NCBI GenBank assembly: GCA_964016885.1
Contig: OZ024742.1
Location: 273,482,001 to 273,546,000, forward strand
DNA from: Eledone cirrhosa
Taxonomy: Eukaryota
DNA length: 64,000 nucleotides
Direction: 5' to 3'
The position numbers were made by a program, and so were the translations under genes. The notes under the pieces are model-generated. The model was not told the origin of the DNA, did no database searches, and worked only from the letters and a program-made list of their open reading frames with translations. Shown piece after piece: positions 23,293 through 34,465 of the stretch (the first letter of the stretch is position 1; every line of letters starts with the position of its first letter).

Positions 23293-25216
23293 TATATTAA
23301 TAAGAGGAATTCCAGCTTTGTCTGATTTACTCGTTTTATTTACAATCCTTTAAAATTTATAATGGTATTATAATGAAATAGTATGATAGAATATTAAATG
23401 TTAAGTGTTAATTGAACAGGTACTTTCATGCTTTCGCAATCTTAAGGTTCATAATGTGTGGTGACAGTCAAGTTTGCAATTTTCAACTGTAATGAGATGG
23501 GTAAATTTTGTACCTTATATACAGTGAAAAGTGGCTCCAGAATGCTAAATCTTGCAAACTGTATTTCGACCAATCGGTGTGTAGTTTCACTGAATTACTA
23601 AAGCTGATTGGTTTAAGCGTCACTGTTGGTTGAGCATGTCTAACGACCACTAATTGATCCTATCCAAAGCATCAAGTGTTTTGCTATTTTTAGAAGTGAT
23701 GAAAATAGCATTTTCTAGTAATCATCACCAACATCACTTTTATTATTATTATTATTGTTGTTTTTGTTTTTGTTAGTAGTCGTAGTCGACATGGTCGTAG
23801 TCATAGTCATAGTAGAAGTAATACCCCTAAGCATTATTATTGTTCATTTAGCTTGGCTTTGAATTTATCAATAAAATTCTTTTCTTTGATTTTTCTCTTG
23901 ATTTCATTTGGGCTGTGTAATTTGTAGAATGGGAATATTATAAATATTCCCTGACCCCATGTTGTTAGGTGGTTACTTAGAGGTATCTGACGGACATTTG
24001 GGTCTTTGATTTGCTGGCGCTGTACCGTGCACGTTCTGATAGTGCATTTTCAGTTTGTCGACATATAGTTCTTCACAATTCAGGCATTTAATGCAATAAA
24101 TTAGATTTCTGCTTTTGCGGTTCTTATTTGCATTCGGGAATATTTTTTCCAGTTTTTGTGTTCATATATTTACCGGTGTGTATGGATTGACATGTGCCAC
24201 ATCGCCTATCATTGCATTTAGATACAGTGAATGATTGGTCTTTGTTGTTAAGGTCAAACTTTGTTTTTGTTAGTAATTGCAATGATAGTCGATGCGGCAC
24301 ATGTCAATCCATACACGCCGGTCAATATATGAGAACCAACACTGGAAAAATATTCCCAAATGCAAATATGAACTGCAAAAGCAGAAATCTAATTTACTGC
24401 ATTAAATGCCCGAATTGTGAAGAACTATATGTCGGTCAAACTGGAAATGCACTATCAGAACGTGCACGGGTACACCGTCAGAAAATCAGAGACCCAAATG
24501 TCCGTCAAATACCCCTAAGTAACCACCTAGCAACATGTGGTCAGGGAATATTTATAATATTCCCATTCTACAAATTACACAGCCCAAGTGAAATCAAGAG
24601 AAAATAAAAGAAAATAATATTATTTATGAATTCAAACCCAAGCTAAATGAACAATAATAATGCTTAGGGGTCTTACTTCTACTATGACTATGACTATGAC
24701 TACGACCATGTCGACTACGACCACTAACAACAACAACAATAATAATAATAATAATAATAATAGAAGTGATGTTGATGGTGATGATTACTAGAAAATGCTA
24801 TTTTCATCATTTCTAAAAATAGCAAAACAATTGATGCTTTAGATAGGATCAATTAGTGGTCGTTAGACACGCTCAACCAACCGTGACGCCTAAACCAATC
24901 AGCTTTAGTAATTCAGTGAAACTACACACCGATTGGTCGAAATACAGTTTGCAAGATTTAGCATTCTGGAGCCACTTTTCATCACTGTATATAAGGTACA
25001 AAATTTACCCATCACATTACAGTTGAAAATTGCAAACTTGACTGTCACCACACATTATGAACCTGAAGATTGCGAAAGCATGAAATAACTTGTTCAATTA
25101 ACACTTAACATTTAATATTCTATCATACTATTTCATTATAATACCATTATAAATTTTAAAGGATCGTAAATAAAACGAGTAAATCAGACAAAGTTGGAAT
25201 TCCTCTTATTAATATA
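23293..25216. mobile_element. ~1.9-kb head-to-head palindrome of a Neptune-like PLE 3' end (arms 23293-24216 and 24278-25216)
   Basis: ORF 24194..24607: CNDSRCGTC..NMNCKSRNLIYCIKCPNCEELYVGQTG..ERARVHRQ. The arms are reverse complements; the spacer continues the minus-strand ORF (LLTKTKF). Confidence 0.93.
25058..25096 (+). ncRNA. Minimal hammerhead in the pLTR (mirror copy at 23413-23451 on minus)
   Basis: TGAAC-CTGAAGA-T-TGC-gaaa-GCA-T-GAAA-TAAC-TT-GTTCA; the mirror copy keeps palindromic GTAC in stem III but has a damaged core. Confidence 0.75.
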
Positions 25217-25252
25217 ATCTTCTATACACAATCATACACACCCGTGTATATT

Positions 25253-25354
<102 letters not shown>

Positions 25355-26485
25355 CAGAGCAAAAGTGATTTTAACGTCATCCAACTAGAGCTCATGAGTG
25401 ATATATACCGTGGCTGCCTTCAACGTGCGGCTTTGGTTGACTCAGTTATGTTGTTCGGTGGGCCGATTTCGGGCAGTTCTGAGGTAGTAGTTCCTGGATA
25501 TTAATAACAAATAAATGATGATTAACACGGATAAGCGATACGATACGGATTTATTCCAAGCATTATCATGTTTCATTGCCTAGTGTGTAAACGTTTGCAT
25601 CTTAAAATAGCTATATAAAAATGTTATTGTGAAATTCAGTTTTCAATACTGTTTATACCAGGTAAATTATCAAAAACTGATTTTGGAGTCAGTGATACGA
25701 TGGTTTATACAAAGTCATATAAATATCAACATGGAAAACAACATAAATAAACTGAGAGATGTACATGTCTGATGGGCAATAAAAGATAAAATAATATGAT
25801 AATAAAAGTGAAGAATGTTGTATACCAAAGGTTCTCAACAGGGAGCATATGCCGTAGGAGGAAGGCGTTTCGTAGCTCCAGGGGAGCGTTACGCAGTAAG
25901 GCGGCGTTAGGGGGCGTTTGAACTTTGGGGGCGATAGAAGCCCCTTTAGTTTGGTAAGTTTTGTAAGTCATAATTGTACGTCTCTTAGACAGCTAGAGTG
26001 AATGGTTTTGAATGAATAAAACGAAGAAAATAAATAAAATAAGCTTGTCAAAACATTCCCTAGGCAGATAAATGAAAATGAAAAGAAATCAAAAGGAATT
26101 AAAATAAGGACTTCAAAAGAAATGACAACAAAAAGAAGCAATGGTGGTGAACATTCACGCACATACATACATACATACATACACACACACACATATATAT
26201 ATACAGACACAGACCGGCGTTAGTGTTTGATGACGTTGAGAACCCGGTCAGCTTTCAGCCAGAGGTGTGGTATCTAATCTCCATAGGTAATAAAATCTGG
26301 CGACAAAATGTTTCTACTTACCAAAATAGAACACATAGATCATATCAACATCCTTACACACTTAAATATAAATGCATGTATATATGCAAATGTATAAATG
26401 CATAGCTATATACATACGTAAATGCATGTACGTATATATGTATGCATGTAGATTTATATATATATATATTTCGTTTCTGAATTTG

Positions 26486-26545
26486 TTATTAGCAAGACAC
26501 TTATTAGCAAGACACTTATTAGCAAGACACTTATTAGCAAGACAT
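26486..26545 (+). repeat. 4x 15-bp tandem repeat TTATTAGCAAGACAC
   Basis: Direct reading; the last unit ends ..GACAT and runs into the PLE ORF. Confidence 0.97.
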
Positions 26546-27239
26546 ACCCGTTCCAAAGACCCTCATGTATAGATAAGAAATGCATAACCTGTAAAATAAG
26601 CCCCCATATTAACTGTAAAACTAGAAATGTAGTATATAGCATAAGATGTACTGAAGGACAATGTAGAAACAAAAATGTAGTGTACATAGGTGAGACAGCT
26701 CGTAGTATAGGGGAACGAATAAATGAACACTGGCGAGACCTCCAAGATAGTAAAGAATCATCTGTGCTCTACCAACATACTAAGATAGAACACAGGTGTA
26801 AATTAGAGAGCATAGAAATAAAAATAGAATCCACACACAAGAAAGACGCAATGTTTAGGCAAATTACAGAGGCAGTAAGCATAAAAGAATTAAAACCAAA
26901 ATTAAATAGAAAATATGAGTGGAACAGCAACATCACAACTTACAATTAAGGACAAAATGAAAACACACACACACATAGAACAAACAACTTACAATTGAAA
27001 ACACACACAAGACAAAATGAAAACACACACACACATAGAACAAACAACCAACCAACAATAAATAAATAAATAAACAAACAAATAGAAAAATATAAATAGA
27101 AAAATAGAAAAATGAACACAAACACACACACAGACACCCGGATGTGGCGCATGCGCAAACTGAGCACGCAACCCACACACAAACAAAATGGCGTAGGATA
27201 GAAGAAAGGAAAGGCACAGAAACGAAGAAAGAAATCCCC

Positions 27240-27284
27240 AGTCACTGAAGAGGTCACAGAGTGTGTGACGAAAGAACTATGACT
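27240..27284 (+). ncRNA. Minimal type I hammerhead, canonical core
   Basis: AGTCA-CTGAAGA-G-GTCAC-agagtgt-GTGAC-GAAA-GAAC-TA-TGACT; CUA triplet. Confidence 0.8.
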
Positions 27285-27447
27285 ATATATATATAAACAA
27301 CTATCTGGTTGTGGAACCAACCAACCAACCAACCAGAAATTTATAAATTTATAAATTTGTAAACTTATAAATATTTAATAAATTAAATTGAAGTGAAAGC
27401 AACTGGTGCGTGTGTTTCTTATTGGCAATATGACCCTCCCAAAGTAT

Positions 27448-27513
<66 letters not shown>

Positions 27514-27553
27514 ATCTACATAGTTTCATTCTGTTTCATGCTTTAGAAATCAT

Positions 27554-27598
27554 CAGGACTCCTGATGATTTCTAAAGAAGGAAACAGTTCTAGTCCTG
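27554..27598 (+). ncRNA. Minimal hammerhead overlapping its own inverted copy (palindrome 27531-27587)
   Basis: CAGGACT(C)-CTGATGA-TTTC-taaa-GAAG-GAAA-CAGT-TC-(T)AGTCCTG; 27531-27557 on minus reads CCTGATGATTTCTAAAGCATGAAACAG. Confidence 0.68.
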
Positions 27599-27667
27599 TA
27601 GAATCTCATCTATATTAAAACTATATATATATATATATATAAATCCTCATACATACATACATATGTG

Positions 27668-27729
<62 letters not shown>

Positions 27730-28059
27730 TAAAGTGGTCCTCATCAGTGATCTTCCAACCATCACGGGTATTTCTTCGATTTAAAGACCAAATATATATA
27801 TACATACATACATTCATATATATATATATATTTATATATATATATATATAAGTATGTATACGTACATACATATATGTATACAGACGTACAGTAGTATGTA
27901 TATATATATATACATACACGCACACATATATATATGGACGTATGGATTTACCGAACATTTATTATAATGCTCGGTGTATTTGTAAACAAACATCCCGAAG
28001 TAATCCATACAGTGTCTAGCAACCATCGTTGCTCATTTGTTGAACACTGACAAAGGAAA

Positions 28060-28098
28060 GCTGTACTAGTTTCAAGCTTATTAGCTATCGTCAGCAAC
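28060..28098 (-). ncRNA. Minimal type I hammerhead, canonical core, orphan
   Basis: GTTG-CTGACGA-T-AGCT-aata-AGCT-T-GAAA-CTAG-TA-CAGC; palindromic stem III, GUA triplet. Confidence 0.8.
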
Positions 28099-28840
28099 GT
28101 ATACCTACCTGCCAGATGATTGAACGTATGAAAGTATATACTTTCTTTATGCATATTAACGGCTGAGCAGCCTAATTTGCATATCGAGTGACTTAATTGG
28201 CCGGGTGCACCGAAAACGATAAATGGAAAAAATGAAACGAAATTTATTAATGCTTTTCAAAAATAATTTTGAGATAGAGCGCTAGTGTTGTTTGCTCTCA
28301 TCCCTCTATATATAGTGGTAGAACACTGGAAGGTAACATTCGTAGTAGTAGAGCACTAATCAACCACAGGAGGTCAAATCCTATGTGGGTATGGCGGAGG
28401 GCCGATTTAAGGAACGCTTCCTGAACCACCAGTCGACCTTTAGGTGCACAGACAGACGTTCATCCACGAAACACGTGAGCTCAAGGACTCAAGTATAGAC
28501 TACTCCATCCAATGGAAAGCCATCACTAAGTCCAAGCCATACGCAAGGGGAAATCCGTCGTGTGGAGTATGTATTGATGAACGAATATATATTCTAAAGA
28601 GATTATGCAATAGTGATTGCCTCAACACGAGAAATGAATTCTTCACACGTTGGCCACACGTTTCGAAACACTTCTTACATAACTACAAAGTTCCGGATTG
28701 AATCACAATAACATCCTAATTTTCTTATCAACTAGAAACTTTTCGGATTTTCGCAGTTATCTCCCTTACACCTCTCGCATGCTTTTTAGTATTGCTTGTG
28801 TGAAGTGACGGTTTGTCCTTCCTGTTCCGTATAACCATGT

Positions 28841-28890
28841 CCATTACGAGCTGAGGATCCGCTAAGGTGAAACAATTGTTCTCGGTATGG
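28841..28890 (+). ncRNA. Minimal hammerhead in the upstream pLTR (damaged copy at 31360-31409)
   Basis: CCAT-TA-CGAG-CTGAGGA-T-CC-gctaa-GG-T-GAAA-CAATTG-TT-CTCG-GT-ATGG; palindromic CAATTG; GUU triplet. Confidence 0.78.
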
Positions 28891-29138
28891 TGAACTAACT
28901 GTTGTGTAACCACTTCTACTTAACACGTCCCATGGACTGAGTGCTCTACCACTACGGATATTACCTTTCAGTGTTCTACCACTATATACGTCTCCAGCAA
29001 CGGTCAGCAGATTCTCTTCACTGCGTAGAAGTTTGGCTTTTAGCAAATTCTTCACCACGTGCGAGTTTGGCTTACTACCGTGAGAACGCTCTCTATATCC
29101 TCGTGTCCTACACAATTTTGTGTCTCATCAACGTGAGT

Positions 29139-31196
29139 ATGGATTTATACGAACTGTATTACTCTCTGAAGAACATTCCCACTCCCTCCAACAATGTTTA
29201 CCAAAAGCTTCTTCTACAAAAAGCAGATGTCGTCAGACGCTTAAAATGGCGAGCACTAGCTTTTGACGGCAAAATTGCAGGCACCAATAACAACTTCAAC
29301 CTGAAATCGAGAGCCTACCCTCCTGAGGTAACTGAACTTGCTCCTTTCGAGGCGGACCTTCTGGACTTAGTCGCTAACATTTCTTTTCGCAAACACCCTA
29401 ACACCTTTCAAACTAATCTTAGAAATGATATTAAGAATTTAGGTCTTCTAATAACACTTTCGTTCTTTCCGCCAAACTAATAATATTAACGAAGTCGACA
29501 ACACCACTTTCCGTCACCTGCCCCATAACGCTATTACTTCCAAATATAAGAAAGCTAACCCTATGTCCTACCGCGACATTGATACAGAAGCCAAATTATT
29601 TGCCACCGCCCTTAAGGTAGATAAGAAGCTACAATCTCTAGCTAAGCGGGAGGCATTCCTCACACTGAAAGATCACAAGGTAGACATTAATTCTAACCCC
29701 ACATGTAGACTTATAAACCCGGCACGCACATATATGGGACTAGACAGTAAGGCCATACTTAGAAACATAGTAAAGACCATTAGGACCAAGTCCAACCTGT
29801 CCCACTGGGAGAACAGCGACTCCGTAATTAAGTGGTTCAACTCCTTCAAATCCAAAAAAGCGAAGTTCACACTGTTCGACATTGTTTATTTTTACCCGTC
29901 GATCTCAGAGACCCTGTTAAACAAAGCGTTGGACTTCGCTACCACTTACACTACGATCGATTATTTACACAGGGAAATAATCGCTCACTGCCGGAAAACC
30001 CTCCTCTTCAACGACGGAGTAGCCTGGGCAAAGAATTCAACAACTTCAGACCTATTCGATGTCTCCATAGCATCGTTGGACAGTTCTGACGTGTGAGACT
30101 TAGGTGGCCTATTTATTTTAGATATATTACGTGCTAGATTCCCGGACTTCCACACGGGAATATACCGCGACGACGGACTGAACTTATCAAGCTTTATGGC
30201 TCGATAAGTTCAGTGGTCACGACCTCGAACGGTTTAAAAAAGACTTAGCTTCTACCTTCAATGAGTTAGGATTTAGGATAATAGTAGCTACAAACCTCTC
30301 TAGCGTAGATTTCTTAGACATTAATTTAGACCTTCGCACACACACCTACAGACCCTTCCATAAGCTAACCGAAAAACTCCATTACATTCACAAGGACTCA
30401 TGCCAACCTCCCACTGTTTTTAGAAACCTCGTAAATAATATCAGTACTAGAATCTCAAACCTCTCCTCTAATAAGGCTATCTTTGATAGGGTGGCACCCT
30501 ACTATAACACGGCGTTAGCTAACTGCGGCTTCTCGCAACCTATCATTTACTCTCCCACTATCAACAACAGCAACAAGAAAATAAAGCGTAACAATAGACC
30601 AACTATTTGGTTCTCTCCTCCCTTCTCACTCAACGTTAAAACCAATGTAGGCAAACAATTTCTAGCCCTCTTAGATAGACACTTTCCCATAGGTCATAAA
30701 TACCGCTCCATCTTTAGCCGACACAAAGTAAGACTAGGATACTCCTGCGCTAAAAAATGAAGGCCCAAATCACCAAGAGCCCTAAGAGCAACACCTCACC
30801 AGGGTGCTCTTGCCGTAAGCCCGAAGCTTGTCCCCTTCAACAGCAATGCAACACACCCGCTGTTATTTATAAAGCTGTGGTCACTTCCAACAGACCAAAT
30901 CAACCACAGGAGGTCAAATCCATTAGTCTACCTTTAGGTACCCGGCCACGAAACTCGCGAGCCACGTATGGACCCCCAAGAACTCACATATAGAGCACTC
31001 CATCCAATGGAATGCCATCACTAAGTCCAAGCCATTCGCAAGGGGAAATCCGTCGTGTGGACTATGTATTGATGAACGAATAAATATTCTAAAGAGATTA
31101 TGCAATATTGATTGCCTAAACACGAGAAATGAATTCTTCACACGTTGTCCACACGTCTCGAAACACCTCTTACATAACTACAAAGCTCCAGATTGA
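29139..31196 (+). pseudogene. PLE RT-GIY-YIG polyprotein, disrupted by stops, frameshifts and a deletion removing the YVG motif
   Basis: MDLYELYYSLKNIP..RRLKWRA; TLKDHK..CRLINPA; FDIVYFYPSI; GIYRDDGL near 30157; WFSPPFS; CSCRKPEACPL; CGLCIDE. Confidence 0.9.
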
Positions 31197-31436
31197 ATCA
31201 CAATAACATCCTAATTTTCTTATCAACTAGAAACTTTTCGGACGTTCGCAGTTGTCTCCCATACACCTCTCGCACGCTCTTTAGTATTGCCTGTGTGGAG
31301 TGACGGTTTCTGCGCATGCGCGTTCGTAGGGTTGTCCTTCCTGTTACGTATAACCATGTCCATTACGAGCTGAGGATCCGCTAAGGTGAAACAATTGATT
31401 TCGGTATGGTGAACTAACTATTGTGTAACCACTTCT

Positions 31437-31437
31437 T

Positions 31438-31533
<96 letters not shown>

Positions 31534-31584
31534 TGTGTGTGTGTATAATATATATACTACATACACACACATAAACACACACAC

Positions 31585-31655
<71 letters not shown>
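31437..31655. repeat. Compound (CT)n(TA)n(TG)n microsatellite
   Basis: Direct reading. Confidence 0.96.
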
Positions 31656-31656
<1 letters not shown>

Positions 31657-31657
31657 G

Positions 31658-31862
31658 CAGTGTGACAAGAAGCTTGCTTGCCAACAACATATTTTCGGGT
31701 TCAGTCCCACTGCACGGGCCGACCAAAGCCCTGTGAGTGGATTTGATAGAACGAAACTAATAGAAGTCCTTCGTATATATGTATATATGTCTGGTTGTGT
31801 CTTTGCGTTTGTGCTTGCCCTCCCACCATTACTTGTTGGTTTGTTGACGTCCCCATAACTTA
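31658..31862 (+). mobile_element. Decayed tRNA-derived SINE resembling an abundant Octopus SINE
   Basis: B-box-like GGGTTCAGTCCC followed by GGGCCGACCAAAGCCCTGTGAGTGGATTTG; recognised from memory of octopus repeats, not from a search. Confidence 0.7.
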
Positions 31863-31953
31863 CCAAGTTGATGCTCCAACATGGGCGTAGTCCAGAGACA
31901 GAAAACAAGTAAAATATAAGTATGTGTGTGTGTATGTGTGTGTGTGCATAGAA

Positions 31954-32346
31954 GAGGGGTCTCAAACTCAAGGACACAAAAGGGCCATTACGTCCTGGAG
32001 GAGAGGCACAGTGGGCCAAACGTTGTGGTGGATGAAGATTTTCACCAGTTATAATCATTTCTACTATAGGAACAAGGCATGAAATTTGGGGTTTAGAGTT
32101 CAGTCGATTGCATCGATCCTAGTACACAACTGGTACTTAATTCATCGACCCCAAAAGGATGAAAGGCAAAGTTGAGATGGGCGGAATTTGAACTCAGAAC
32201 GTAAATACGGAAGAAGTACCGCCAGATGTGCTAACGATTCCACCAGCTCACCGCCTTATTTTCACCAGTTATAATGTAATATGAAATATTGGTTCTACCA
32301 CGGGCCACAGAAAAGTAGTTTGCGGGCCGCATGTTTGAGCCCCCTG
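31954..32346. mobile_element. hAT (Charlie-type) MITE interrupted by a SINE
   Basis: Terminal inverted repeats GAGGGGTCTCAAAC (31954) and GTTTGAGCCCCCTG (32346), with subterminal GGGCC motifs. Confidence 0.68.
32056..32257 (-). mobile_element. tRNA-derived SINE (Octopus-type) with an 18-bp target site duplication
   Basis: Minus strand starts AAGGCGGTGAGCTGGTGGAATCGTTAGCAC and has B box GAGTTCAAATTCC; TSD ATTTTCACCAGTTATAAT at 32038-32055 and 32258-32275. Confidence 0.9.
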
Positions 32347-32431
32347 TTGGAGATAGATAGATAGATAGATGTGTACCAAACACACACACATTTCTTACTC
32401 TATCTCTGCCTCCTTCTTTCTCTCTTCATTT

Positions 32432-32477
<46 letters not shown>

Positions 32478-32666
32478 ATGTGTGTGTGTCTGTGTGTGTG
32501 TGCGTGTCTGTGTGGTGTGTGTGTGTATGTGTGTGTGTGTGTGTGTGGCGTTTTTGAAAACAGCTGTGGCATTTGACCTGGCAATAAAAAAGCTGTAGAC
32601 AAAATTCTTTCTGACCCAAACCAAGGCACACACACACACACACGCGCGCAAGTTTGTGTGAGTGTA

Positions 32667-32706
<40 letters not shown>

Positions 32707-32769
32707 CGCGCGTCTATGGGCGTGTGTGTGTGTCTGTATATATATCTATGTATATATATATATAAGGGA

Positions 32770-34465
32770 TAAACATACTACTTTCTCACTGTCACCAAGC
32801 TTCTCAATTCTTTCGTTGCTAAGTATTTTATTATGCTACGAGGTATTTTGCAAGGTACTATTTTTCCCCTGAGTTTGTGATTTCACAGAAAGGTAAAATA
32901 TTCTTTTTATTTTACATCTTTTGTATTTTGACTTTACAGTTTGAATTGTACAATTGTTTATCCAATCAAAATATTACAACAGCTCATAGTGAAATATAGA
33001 ATTTAAAAAAAAAGCTTTTTCGACTGAAATCATGTCTTTGAGAACATTCACGTCTATTTTTCAAAAATATATAATTTGAAATAGTTTGCTTTTGTTTTGG
33101 ACTGAAACTAGTTTTGTATTTAATTCGTACGGGTATCGTTTAAAGACCTTTTTAAAGATTCTAACGTAACTTGATTTGGCCCATTACGTGCACTGCGGCA
33201 TTCATATTTCTCAACTTATTATAGCTAAGTCCGTACAACAAGCTTCACTTATCAAAAATGTTCTAGATACGTTAATGATTTGCGGAAAATATCTAGTACA
33301 TCAAGGAAATTTAAGCATGCGTATTTATCACAACATGATGACGAAAATGAAGTATCGTCACCACGCTCCTTAAAATCCGTGTGCCCTACTCGATGGCTAA
33401 CACGACTTTCTGCAGTCAAAGCCCTTCTTGACAATTATTCAGATGTCCCTATTTCTTTACAAGAAGCAACGAATGATTTTCGCACCAACATCCAGAGCTA
33501 ATGTTATTCTTACGTGTCACTCTCAGGCCAATGTGTTCTTGGATTGCACGTTGTAGTTTCATTACTTCAATTCCTTGAATTATTGAACAAATCTTTTCAA
33601 AGTACCACCTTCTATCTAGGTAGCATATTGTATAATGTCAAACCGGTGCAGGCGGAGCTAAAAAATCTACGCAGTGAAGAATAATTTCAGGAGCTGTTCT
33701 ATACAGTAGAAAAAATGATTTATCAACTCGATATTTCTGCTTTGGAGCTACCTAGGCAACGAAAAGCTCCTAAAAGATACCAGGAAGGAAATGCGTTAAA
33801 ATATCAACACTGCACTGCTTTGGATCATTACAGAGTGCAGTATTTGCAGGTAGTGGATACTGCAATATCAAATTTGAAAGATTATTATTTTCCACAGGAT
33901 TTAGCAGATTATGAAAAACTGAGCAATATTTTAGTCAATCGAAATTTTGTGCTGAGGTGATCATGAATTTCCTTTAAGGAACGAAATACTTTTTATAGAA
34001 ATCATCATAATGGATCATCTCTCGAGGATCACCGTAAAATATTCGGTGAAATGCAACCAGAAGTCCGTCGCATATTTCTAAATGTTGAGTGATTGCTCAG
34101 GCTACTTTTAATGTTTCCAACAAGTTCTTGTTAATCTGAAAGATCTTTTAGCGCTCTGCAGAGATTTAAAACTTGGTTGCGATCGACCATAACTCAGCAA
34201 AGGTTGAATCGTATTCTAATATGCCACGTTCATAGAGATGTTTTGAAAATGATTAGTTGTGAAGAAGTTGCTAAATTATGTATTGACAGCAATGATGCGA
34301 GATATGATACATTTGGAAAGTTCTAAAAGACAATAGATTTACTTTATATGATTTTTATTCAAACTTATGTGATAGGATTCAGGAAAGACACCATAAGTAA
34401 TACTAAAATACTCCAACAAATGTTGATTTGTCCCCCTCACATTTTTAAGGCAAACGAGGCCCCTG
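32770..34465 (+). mobile_element. Decayed hAT transposon (ZMYM1/Tip100-like transposase), right end retained
   Basis: YVHCGIH, LKSVCPTRW, LPRQRKAPKRY, SERSFSALQRFKTWLRSTITQQRL (hAT dimerisation motif); terminus ..GAGGCCCCTG at 34465. Left boundary approximate. Confidence 0.85.

Larger units (their letters stand above)
26470..27455 (+). mobile_element. Penelope-like element 3' fragment (Nematis-like) with inverted tail and 15-bp stutter at its 5' junction
   Basis: ISKTYPF..CIDKKCITC..NCKTRNVVYSIRC..VYIGETARSIGERINEH..RQITEAV..LNRKYEW (ORF 26680..26949). Confidence 0.88.
28308..31436 (+). mobile_element. Essentially full-length Penelope-like element (Hydra-clade-like) in classic partial-tandem/pLTR arrangement
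   Basis: Inverted tail at 28308-28357 (reverse complement of 28940-28988); upstream GIY-YIG 3' end plus pLTR at 28358-28917, repeated at 30898-31436; disrupted ORF in between. Confidence 0.93.

Noticed and set aside
26486-26545. Short direct repeats as a possible CRISPR-like array
   Set aside because: Contiguous 15-mers without spacers in a eukaryotic TE junction; no cas genes.
29139-31196. In-frame TGA codons in PLE ORFs as possible selenocysteine recoding (reported for some Naiad PLEs)
   Set aside because: These elements have C-terminal rather than N-terminal GIY-YIG, stops are mixed TAA/TAG/TGA alongside frameshifts, and no SECIS was recognised.
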